From Candidatus Moanibacter sp. (GTDB taxonomy: Bacteria > Verrucomicrobiota > Verrucomicrobiia > Opitutales > UBA2987): a DNA stretch of 64,000 nt. The translations under genes and the position numbers were made by a program. The notes below the pieces were generated by a model. That model saw only the letters and a program-made list of their open reading frames with translations. It was not told the DNA's origin and did no database searches. Positions 30,917 through 39,407 of the stretch are shown in pieces (the first letter of the stretch is position 1; every line of letters starts with the position of its first letter). The stretch spans positions 64,001 through 128,000 of the forward strand of contig CBDCEW010000104.1 of NCBI GenBank assembly GCA_965215885.1, read 5' to 3'.

Positions 30917-31984
30917 TCATGGTACAAATGTCCTGTCTTGTATCAGCAGACCGCGTATCTCGCACACGCCCGTCGACGGCTCAGGGTAGGAGGCCGTATA
31001 GTAGACGCAGTATATGTGTCCGCCCGGAAGATACGTCATAGAGGGATAGGCACAATCCGTGTTTCCGCCACGGTAGAGGTGGCCGAGGGCGGTCCAGGTG
31101 GCGCCCAAGTCATCGCTGGACGCGCAGCTCATGCCGCACTCGCCTCGTCTCATGTCCCGGTAGGCGCAGAGGATGCGGCCATCGGCCAGGGTCAAGAGCG
31201 CCGGGCACTGACCCGGAAGTTCGGTGGGTTCGAGGGGGCTCCAGGTTGTTCCCTCATCGTCGGAATGTGAGCGGTAGAGTCTGTGGGCCGCATTGGCTCG
31301 TATCATCGCAAGGCAACGCCCGTCAGAGAGGCGGATGATGTCCGTCTCGCTGGGGTTGATGTCGCCCTTTCGATCCTCGTATATCACGGAGAATTCCGGC
31401 CAGGAGTGGCCTCCGTCGGCCGAGAATGCCATGGCCGAGACCCGCAGCCTGGCGTGGTCGGCCCCTTTGGGAACGCCGTAGACCGGTGTCATGAGCCGGC
31501 CGTTGGAGAGCTCAAGAACCTTGCCGTAGGAAAATCCCCGGCCTTCGCTGTCCCAGAATGGAAAGTCCAGCTTCTCGCCGTATTCTCCCCACGTGTGCCC
31601 GTTGTCGGTTGAGCGGATGAAGGCACCCCGGGATTGAATCTTATCCCTGCCCTCGGACGCCGACATCATCTTGCCGCGTATGATTTCGAGGAGGAGAGTG
31701 CCTTCCGAGAGTCTCGTCATCCCATGGTTGGTGTAGCAGTGGCGGCCAGGTTCGGCCGCGATGGTTCTTTTCTCCGGCCACGTTACTCCGCCGTCGGTCG
31801 ACCGCGAGAGCGTAACAACTCCATTGTCCGTTAGGTGATGGTCGGCGCTCTCCATGTAGGCTGCCAGGAGATCGCCGTTGGAGGCGACTTCCAGAGTGCA
31901 ATCCATGGCCCTGCGGCCAGGCGGGTATGGGCCGGAGACTGCAAACTCCTCGAGGACCGCAATTGGTGCGTCGTTCTTTAGCAT
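30917..31984 (-). CDS. BNR/Asp-box sialidase-like protein
   Basis: Five S.D.G.TW Asp boxes, CAYP. Confidence 0.85.
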   Translation of the reverse strand: MLKNDAPIAVLEEFAVSGPYPPGRRAMDCTLEVASNGDLLAAYMESADHHLTDNGVVTLSRSTDGGVTWPEKRTIAAEPGRHCYTNHGMTRLSEGTLLLEIIRGKMMSASEGRDKIQSRGAFIRSTDNGHTWGEYGEKLDFPFWDSEGRGFSYGKVLELSNGRLMTPVYGVPKGADHARLRVSAMAFSADGGHSWPEFSVIYEDRKGDINPSETDIIRLSDGRCLAMIRANAAHRLYRSHSDDEGTTWSPLEPTELPGQCPALLTLADGRILCAYRDMRRGECGMSCASSDDLGATWTALGHLYRGGNTDCAYPSMTYLPGGHIYCVYYTASYPEPSTGVCEIRGLLIQDRTFVP

Positions 31985-31985
31985 C

Positions 31986-32894
31986 TCACTCCTCGAGCAG
32001 ACGAATTAGCTCGCGATCCGTATCCTCGTTCCAGCTGTCGAGGTATTCCGGCGAAAAGAGATCGCGTGGTAGGGGAAGGTTGTAGCGCGCCTTGATTATC
32101 GATTGCACCGTGATCGAACCCCGTTCGAAGTAACGTACAATCATGGATTGCGCGCGAATCAACGGCTTGTCGGGCGTCCCTACGTTCTTATGGTTCCAAG
32201 CCTGGATGGCCTTTATTAACTTTCCACCTCTATCATACTTTTCCGTCGTCAGGTAGCGGCTGTCTTCACGTGCGAAAAACAGGCGTCGCTCGCCGTAGGC
32301 GCTATGTTTCTGAATAGCGGGATCTGTGAATCGATCTGAAACGACGTCGCACTCCACCCCATCGACATAACCGAGGGTGTGATTGTAGAATTCGCGGTTC
32401 GTCTTATCGTCATCGAGCGCATCTTCAAAGTGCCAGTCTGTAAAAGCGATCGTCTGTGCCATCTCTTCCACCGGGATGCGACGCGCCTTCGCATCCGTTG
32501 AAAAATCGCGAAAATACATCTTGAACACTTTGCCCGCCTCCTGGAGAACGAGCAGCGTGCCGCCGGGATCGCTCGTGCTGTCGGTTAACAATCTGAAAAC
32601 GCCGCGAACACGCTCTTCATCGTACTGATAGAGGATAAAAAAACGAAAGGTGCGGACGGAACCATCGGCGTTTATCTGCGCTCCACCGTAGAGCTCAACC
32701 TGCGAACCTACCAGGAAGGTCTGGTCGAATTGCGCTACTACTTCAGGAGCGGTGTTTCGCGGCAGCCGAAATCCGGCCCCTCCCAGTACCATCAAAACGA
32801 GCAGCGCGCATCGAAAAGAGAGCGAACGGCCAAATCCGAATGCGTGCATCTTTTCGTGGGACACGCGAATCGCTGTTTCAGGAGGAAGATTCAT
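31986..32894 (-). CDS. Outer-membrane lipoprotein-sorting (LolA-like) protein with an apparently foreign N-terminus
   Basis: ARRI, TDW.FED, SAY....., YDR.GKLIK, YN..LP..LF. Confidence 0.65.
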   Translation of the reverse strand: MNLPPETAIRVSHEKMHAFGFGRSLSFRCALLVLMVLGGAGFRLPRNTAPEVVAQFDQTFLVGSQVELYGGAQINADGSVRTFRFFILYQYDEERVRGVFRLLTDSTSDPGGTLLVLQEAGKVFKMYFRDFSTDAKARRIPVEEMAQTIAFTDWHFEDALDDDKTNREFYNHTLGYVDGVECDVVSDRFTDPAIQKHSAYGERRLFFAREDSRYLTTEKYDRGGKLIKAIQAWNHKNVGTPDKPLIRAQSMIVRYFERGSITVQSIIKARYNLPLPRDLFSPEYLDSWNEDTDRELIRLLEE

Positions 32895-33040
32895 AAAGGT
32901 GATCCGTTCAGTTCAGGTAAGGCGCCGTTCCACCTACATCCATTCGGGTGGAGATTGTCAAATCGTCTCGGACAAGGCAGCGATTATTCAGCTGTTCGGC
33001 CCTAATCTCTGGTTTTTGTTCACTGATTACCCACAGATGC

Positions 33041-34014
33041 TACCGGGAGAGTCTGCGCGACATCGAAACCTGCCTGCGGGCAGTACAACCAAAACTATAC
33101 CACGCAGGGATTCGAAGCGGAGTATCCAAAAGCACGCTCGCCGATGCCAACGAGAAACGAGACTGGCGCATCTACGCCGACTTTGCACAGGTCCTCATCG
33201 CAATGGCTCGTCCTTTGTATTCAAACGAGGATCTGGGCATCGACCTGGACAATACGCTCTACGCTCTGGACTCCACCACGATCGATCTATGTCTATCACT
33301 CTTCCCGTGGGCACGTTTCCGCAAGCACAAGGGGGCGGTGAAGGTCCATACGCTTCTCGATCTCAGAGGCTCTATCCCTTATTTTATCGAGATTACCGAT
33401 GGAAAAGTGCACGACGTAAACATTCTGGATCTCATCAAGGCCGGTGCTTACTATGTAATGGACCGAGCCTATCTGCATTACGAGCGCCTCTATCGGATCG
33501 CACAATGCGGTTCTTTCTTCGTGAGGCTGCCCCGGTCTTGTGCCGGGGTGGCGCACCGTTGCCCTGGTCAGCTTCTATCCTGCCAAGGCCTACCCCGAAA
33601 GACTCCGGCGTATCACTTACCTCGACCCCGACAGTTCCGAGCGCTTCGTGTTTCTCACCAACCAGTTTGCCCTCCCAGCCATAATCATCACCCAGATTTA
33701 CCGTTTACGCTGGCAGATCGAATTGTTCTTCAAATGGATCAAACAGCACTTGCGCATCAAGAGCTTTTTCGGCACCTCCGAGAATGCTGTGAAGACTCAA
33801 ATCTGGATTGCCGTCAGCGTCTATGTGCTCATCGCCATCATCCGCAAACGCCTTCGCCTGGAGATCAGTTTGCACAAAATCCTACAGATTCTCAGCTTCA
33901 CCCTATTTGAGAAAACTCCTATGACTGAACTACTTACAGAAACCGATTACACTTTCAATGAACACCGCATTCCTAAACAGTTGGAGTTGTTTGACTTATA
34001 ACCGGACAGTACTG
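33041..34014 (+). mobile_element. IS4-family element remnant, 5'-truncated, with a disrupted transposase
   Basis: YRESLRDIE, STLADAN, ALDSTTI, VMDRAY, Y..RWQIELFFKWIKQHL (YREK); right end TAACCGGACAGTACTG. Confidence 0.9.
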
Positions 34015-34686
34015 GTTTTTGTTCACTGATTACCCACAGATGCTGAATTGAATCTTCTCTGGCGTACAGCAGAACGGCCTGAGGCGGTGGCCTAACGTTT
34101 AAAGCATGTAGAAGCGGGCTTGGAAAGAACCCACCCCTAATCCCTCCAAGGAGAGGAACCTGTTTAGCGTTTCTGAGGCTGCCCCGGTCTTGTGCCGGGG
34201 TGGCGCACGGTACACAGCTACAATACGCAATTGCCACCGTTTTCCCCCCGCCCGTCCCTTCTCGGCCCAGTCCCGGCGCCCCGGGACTGGGCCGAGAAGG
34301 GACGGGCGGGGGTTGGTAGAGGCACACGGTTTATAGCAGTGAACGCGCGCCCCCCGGCACAAGACCCATAATTACGAAATTGGGTTGGAGAACCCAAAGT
34401 AAATGTTATTCAGGCACTTGCAAGATTCTATTGATTACATAGTATGCCAGAATGGAGTTTCAACGATTGTTGTGTGTGGGTTCGTTAGAGGTAGAGAGCT
34501 TTTCCTGCAGGTTTGTTTTCAGTTAGAAACTTGTTGAGTATTAATCAGTTACAAAAGCGCTTTGAACGGGGAGTTGATTTCTGGTGGCAATTGAGTAGAA
34601 GCGAAGGGAGCTGGAGAAAGTTGGTATTGGCATTGTATGTAAAATAAAGTTTGCAGTTTTGCCTCCTTTCCATACTGTGCCGGTGC

Positions 34687-35403
34687 ATGCAAGAAGAGCT
34701 TTCGCGTAAAGAGAGGGAGGTGGTCGAAGCGGTACGGCGGGATCGGGTAAGCACGGTGTGGAGGCTGATGAAGGAGCAGAGGGTGTCGCGGCGAACGGTC
34801 TATCGGGCTTTGCAAAAATATGGCCATTACTCCAGTTACAATGCCAATTGTGGCTACCTGAGCTTGAAAGACATTCCGCGCTTTGACGGGGCCGGTTTGT
34901 GGCGTTTTCGCAAGGGGCGCTTTTCGCGCCACGGCACCTTGGAGGAGACCGTGGAGGCGGTGGTGGGAGCTTCGCTTTGCGGCTACACGGTGGCTGAGTT
35001 GGAGACCCTCCTTGGGGTACGGGTGCACAACCCCATAAGCGTGCTTTGTAGAAAGAAGCGGTTGAGTCGATACTATGAAGGGCGTCACTGCGTGTATGTC
35101 TCGGCCGGGGAACAGGGCGGGGCCGAACAGAAAAAGCGGCGGCAAGGGCGAAGAACAGCGGCACAAGTTCAGGCAGGGGACCCCGGGGGCGCTTTGCAGG
35201 CAGCTCCCGAAGGGCTCGAAACGATGGTCGTGATCGCTTTGCTGGTCGCCTGTATCGGCCATCCCGAGGCCGGGGTCAAGGAGCTTGTCGAGCTTATGCA
35301 AGAGCAGGGAGTAGAGCTGAGCGGGGAGCAAATTGAGCGGGTGATGGCGTTTTACTCGCTCAAAAAAAACCGGACCGATCGCGGTAGCGGAGCTGTTACA
35401 TGA
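34687..35403 (+). CDS. IS ORF1, probable HTH DNA-binding part of the transposase
   Basis: SRRTVYRAL, YSSYN, FD..GLW, FSRHGTL; A8 run (LKKN) near the end. Confidence 0.75.
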   Translation: MQEELSRKEREVVEAVRRDRVSTVWRLMKEQRVSRRTVYRALQKYGHYSSYNANCGYLSLKDIPRFDGAGLWRFRKGRFSRHGTLEETVEAVVGASLCGYTVAELETLLGVRVHNPISVLCRKKRLSRYYEGRHCVYVSAGEQGGAEQKKRRQGRRTAAQVQAGDPGGALQAAPEGLETMVVIALLVACIGHPEAGVKELVELMQEQGVELSGEQIERVMAFYSLKKNRTDRGSGAVT

Positions 35404-35404
35404 T

Positions 35405-37222
35405 TTGCGGGCAGAGGCTGAACGGGCCCTGCAAACGGTGGGGGCTGTGCCTGCGCAAACGAGTTATCGCTTCGATGCCCGGGAGGACGAAGAGGGTCCT
35501 TCAGAGGTGCGCAAGACCCTGCGCCGCAAGGTGGTCAGTTTCTCCTATGGATGCTTCCAGGCGGTGGAAGTTGTGCGCGAGCAGGGGCAAGGGAGCCACC
35601 GCAACAGCTACCGTTCTGCTCGCCTGGAACAGATCGTGCCCTCGCATAGTCGCTACGCTTACGATCTGATTGCCTATGTGGGCAAGCGATGTTTGTGCGA
35701 AAGCGCCACCCTCAAAGAGGTGCACAGGGAACTGCGCGAGGGCCCGGGGCAGCTGCAGATTGCTCAAAGCAGCCTCTATGAGATGCAGCAGAAGTTTCTT
35801 TTTTATCTGGGTCGGCTGCACGCCGCGGCCGCTCCGGTGCTTAAAGATTACCTGAGCGCTCGCCCTTGCCTGCGCTGGCTGGTGGATGGGACCGTGGAAC
35901 CGCAGACGCCGGTTTTCTTCGCTGTTCAGGAAGCCGACGAAGGGATCCTTTTGGGCAGCTGGAAAATGCCTTCCGAACAGAGCGAAACGATCAGTGGCTG
36001 TTTTGCCCGGGCGGCCCGGGCTTTTGGCCAACCCCACCATGTCTATCATGATTTAAGCGCTCAGATCAGCAAGGCCTGCGAGAGCGAAACCTTCCAGGCC
36101 CCCCATGGCGTCTGCCATTATCATTTCGCCCGCAATGTGGGCGAACAGCTTTATCGAAAACCCCAGCAGATGCTCAACGGGCGCTTGCGGCAATTGAAGC
36201 TCATGGAGCGCATGCGCGAGCAACGCAAACACATCACCGCAAAGCTCCGTGACGCCCTCCGTGAAAAACACGCCCTCGTCCTGGCCGATTTGCTCACCGC
36301 CAAAGCGCTCGCAGTGCCCTTCGATCCCACCCTTGCACGGGAACTGCTCATGGCCCTGCAATTGTGGATTTTGGATTATCCCTGCGACGGTCACCGCCAG
36401 GGCTTTCCCTTCGATCCTTACCTGCTTTATTGGCATCGGCGGGTCGTGCGCGCCCATGCCGCCCTGGAGCAGTGGCTTGCCCGCGCTCCTGCCAGTTGCT
36501 CTGTTCTGCGAAGCTTCTTTCATCTTTCGACCGGGTTGAAGCAGTATCTGGCTGATGCCCTCGTCATCGAAGCCGCTACTATCTATGAAAACGCTTTTTG
36601 CATTTTCAGCGCTTTGCGCGATGCCCTTTGGCTCAGCGCCAGCGGCCCCTGCCCTTTAAGCGACCCTTATCTGTTGCAAGCAGGACAAGCCGCTGAGCTC
36701 ACCGAGGCTCTCCAGTTGCTGCGTGCCCAATATCGCCAAAAAGGCGCCTCCCTGACCAACCCCTCGAAAGCCAAACTCTACCGCACCGTGGTCACTCATC
36801 TGGACAAATACTGGCAGCGGCTGCTTCCCCCACCGGCCCATCCAGACAGCGTACGCACGACCAATGAGCTGGAAGGCACCTGGCGCACCTCCAAGCGCAA
36901 ACGCCGTCAAACCCACGGGCGCAAAAATCTGACGCGCGACTTTGAAGCGCTCCCCGAAGAATACATGCTCCTGGCCAACTTACACAATCCCCGCTATGTG
37001 GAGCTGGTTTTAGGCAGTATCGATAATCTGCCCCAAAAGCTTGCCCAGGCTGCACAGAAAGCACCCCCCTTCAGTCACTGGCGGGCGAACAGAAAAACCC
37101 TCGCCGTGGGTCGATTGCCCAAAAAGCTCCTGCGAAAAGAAAACTTCCTTGAGGAACTCTTCGAAGTCTGTAATCGCCAGGATCAATCCTTAAACCCGCA
37201 ACCCCATCGGATTGCCTCCTGA
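35405..37222 (+). CDS. IS ORF2, DDE transposase catalytic part
   Basis: LVDGT (D1), HDLS (D2), CHYH (CxxH), RTTNELE (E). Confidence 0.8.
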   Translation: MRAEAERALQTVGAVPAQTSYRFDAREDEEGPSEVRKTLRRKVVSFSYGCFQAVEVVREQGQGSHRNSYRSARLEQIVPSHSRYAYDLIAYVGKRCLCESATLKEVHRELREGPGQLQIAQSSLYEMQQKFLFYLGRLHAAAAPVLKDYLSARPCLRWLVDGTVEPQTPVFFAVQEADEGILLGSWKMPSEQSETISGCFARAARAFGQPHHVYHDLSAQISKACESETFQAPHGVCHYHFARNVGEQLYRKPQQMLNGRLRQLKLMERMREQRKHITAKLRDALREKHALVLADLLTAKALAVPFDPTLARELLMALQLWILDYPCDGHRQGFPFDPYLLYWHRRVVRAHAALEQWLARAPASCSVLRSFFHLSTGLKQYLADALVIEAATIYENAFCIFSALRDALWLSASGPCPLSDPYLLQAGQAAELTEALQLLRAQYRQKGASLTNPSKAKLYRTVVTHLDKYWQRLLPPPAHPDSVRTTNELEGTWRTSKRKRRQTHGRKNLTRDFEALPEEYMLLANLHNPRYVELVLGSIDNLPQKLAQAAQKAPPFSHWRANRKTLAVGRLPKKLLRKENFLEELFEVCNRQDQSLNPQPHRIAS

Positions 37223-37488
37223 CAACGACTCCAGTGCCCTCCCTCTGCTCCCCATTTTCTTCATGCTCTAACCAGAGAACTCCACGCAATTTGCGTGCCA
37301 ACCGAAATTCAGAACGATGGGCACAAGACCGGGGCAGCCAGCAATCAAGGGCACGCTAAACAGATACAGCGGCAGAGCGAGCTTCCTACCCCTCACTGCC
37401 GAAGGCGCTTAGGTACTGGACGTTGTCCACAAGATCCATTTTCTTTGAAAGAACGGGCACTGGAGGGTTTGGACGATGAGTTACTCCT

Positions 37489-38388
37489 ATGGACGAGGGT
37501 ATTCAGTATTTTGATAGGTATTCAGGGAAGCTTCAAAGGGAGGCAATCTACGGCGAATCCTGGTTGAGGTGGACCTATGGTACGGTTCTGGGTCGATTTT
37601 TTCTCTTTGCCGTTGTTAAAAGGGCTCTCTTCAGTTCATGGTACGGTTGGAGGATGAATGGGGCGGCAAGTCGCAGAAAGATCGTTCCATTCTGTAGGCA
37701 ATTTGGAGTGGACACATCTGAGTTCGAATTTCCGATCGAGGAATATCGGACGTTCAACGATTTCTTTATCCGTCGGCTCAAACAGGAGACCCGCCCGATT
37801 GTAGTGGTTGAAAGGTCCGTGGTATTTCCAGCGGATGGCAGGCACCTTGGATTTCAGAACACAGATAAACTGGATGGCGTATACGTGAAGGGGCAACGCT
37901 TCGATTTGGCGACGTTGATTGGCGATTCGGAAACAGCGCAGCGATACCGCGGCGGCACACTGGTGATTTCTCGCCTTTCACCGGTTGATTGCCACAGATT
38001 CCTGTTTCCGATTGCAGGTATTGCTGGAGAGCCCAGGTCGGTTAACGGTTACCTGCGGTCCGTCAATCCTCTGGTGCTCCGAAATAACGTAGGCATTTTA
38101 TTTGAGAACAGGAGGGTATCTACGGAGATTAAATCAGAGCAGACCGGAAGAGTTCTGATCGTTGAGGTCGGTGCAACCTGCGTGGGGAGTATTCGACAGA
38201 GTTTTACGCCCGGAGCAGCGGTTGCGAAAGGCGAGGAGAAGGGATGTTTTGAGTTTGGAGGGTCCGCGGTCATTGCTCTTTTTGAACCTGGGAAGATCAA
38301 GCTTTCAGAAGATCTCGTGCAACATTCGGAGTCGGGAATCGAGCTCTATGCTCATATGGGTGATGTCATGGGAACAGCCGAGATCTGA
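37489..38388 (+). CDS. psd: Phosphatidylserine decarboxylase
   Basis: FNDFFIR.LK, PADGR, DCHRF.FP, VGATCVGSI, FGGS. Confidence 0.92.
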   Translation: MDEGIQYFDRYSGKLQREAIYGESWLRWTYGTVLGRFFLFAVVKRALFSSWYGWRMNGAASRRKIVPFCRQFGVDTSEFEFPIEEYRTFNDFFIRRLKQETRPIVVVERSVVFPADGRHLGFQNTDKLDGVYVKGQRFDLATLIGDSETAQRYRGGTLVISRLSPVDCHRFLFPIAGIAGEPRSVNGYLRSVNPLVLRNNVGILFENRRVSTEIKSEQTGRVLIVEVGATCVGSIRQSFTPGAAVAKGEEKGCFEFGGSAVIALFEPGKIKLSEDLVQHSESGIELYAHMGDVMGTAEI

Positions 38389-38417
38389 AGAATCCTCACA
38401 GTGCAGCCGTGCGGCAG

Positions 38418-38667
38418 GTATGTGTTTGGCGTGTTTGAGGCTCCCCCGGCCTCGCTCGGGGTGGCGCCCGGCTTTTGCAGCTGGAGGTCCGCGACTGGAT
38501 CTGCGGACCCCCTCACCCGGCCCTTCTCCCATTGCCGCAGCTTGCGGCAATGGGAGAAGGGCCGGGTGAGGGGGGTTGGTCGTCGGCAGCATTTTGTAGC
38601 ACGGAACCAGCACCACCCCGGCGCGAGACCGGGGGAGCCGGCAACGGAAAGGACGTTAAACAGGTAC
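38418..38667. repeat. Composite palindromic element (family 2), copy B, 250 bp
   Basis: Ends GTATGTGTTTGGCGT / ACGTTAAACAGGTAC; perfect 32-bp stem 38508-38574; lies between convergent genes. Confidence 0.8.
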
Positions 38668-38712
38668 TACGGTAGGACGGGATGGGAATTACCAAACTAA
38701 AATACAAAAGCT

Positions 38713-39228
38713 TCATTGGAATTTGAATGCGTCTGAATCAAACCCCCTCTGTTTGAGGGCGTCGATTACAGAATCGATATCGATCTTTGCTCCGGTGGGA
38801 ACACCGTTCATTGCAAACCACTCCTGATTCATCTCGAGGGCCAGCTGAATCTCCTCGCCTCGAGATGCGACGGTTGATTCATCGAAGGGATAGAGAGGAT
38901 ACACTTCACGAAGTATACCTTCGCCCGAGAAGAAACCGATATCGAGAGGAATGGAAGTATTTCGCATCCAGAAGCTCCTTTGGCGGGCATCCCGGTAGAC
39001 GAATAGCATGCCTTGATTCGGATCGAGCGACTTACGGAACATGAGGCCTCGCTCCATTTCCGAAGGTGATACTGCAAGCTGAACCGAGATGATCCTTTCT
39101 CCCAGACCGATTTCAAAATAAGAGTCTGATTTGGCCTGGGTTGGGGGAGGATTGGAGTCGGTCGCTCTATCAGAACAGGCGGCGTTCGCGAGGAGGAGTA
39201 GAACGGAGAGTAGTAGGCGGGAATCCAC
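38713..39228 (-). CDS. DUF192 family lipoprotein
   Basis: ERGLMFR, GMLFV, SFWMRNT.IPLDI, ALEMN; lipobox-like ANAAC; GTG start uncertain. Confidence 0.85.
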   Translation of the reverse strand: MDSRLLLSVLLLLANAACSDRATDSNPPPTQAKSDSYFEIGLGERIISVQLAVSPSEMERGLMFRKSLDPNQGMLFVYRDARQRSFWMRNTSIPLDIGFFSGEGILREVYPLYPFDESTVASRGEEIQLALEMNQEWFAMNGVPTGAKIDIDSVIDALKQRGFDSDAFKFQ

Positions 39229-39407
39229 TTGGATCTCTCTTCCACCAAAGTTCAGTTTCATTTTCTTGTCTCCAGGAGGCTGTCGGCAAAGTCCGACAGG
39301 CTTATAGAATGTACTGGCATGAATTTTTGTTAGTCTTTTTAATCCTGCACTCATATAAAATTGTTCAGAATTTTGAAAGCCCAGTGTGGATTTTGGTGGT
39401 TTAAGTG

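Larger units (their letters stand above)
34366..37320 (+). mobile_element. Two-ORF Mutator-like (IS256/ISLre2/ISKra4-related) insertion sequence, 2955 bp
   Basis: 23-bp imperfect TIRs CCATAATTACGAAATTGGGTTGG / CCATCGTTCTGAATTTCGGTTGG; 9-bp TSD GCACAAGAC (34357-34365 and 37321-37329). Confidence 0.9.
34156..37367. repeat. Composite palindromic element (family 2), copy A, ~248 bp when reconstituted, interrupted by an IS
   Basis: Ends GAACCTGTTTAGCGT / ACGCTAAACAGATAC; two inverted CCCCGG-N7-CCGGGG hairpins; perfect 32-bp central stem 34245-34312. Confidence 0.8.

Noticed and set aside
500..34100. Integron cassette array
   Set aside because: Genes are in mixed orientations, no recurrent attC-like site was seen and there is no intI
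34541..35331. Long antisense ORFs over IS ORF1 (similarly 26394-27227, 2986-3687, 32752-33684)
   Set aside because: Shadow frames of recognisable genes, with no motifs of their own
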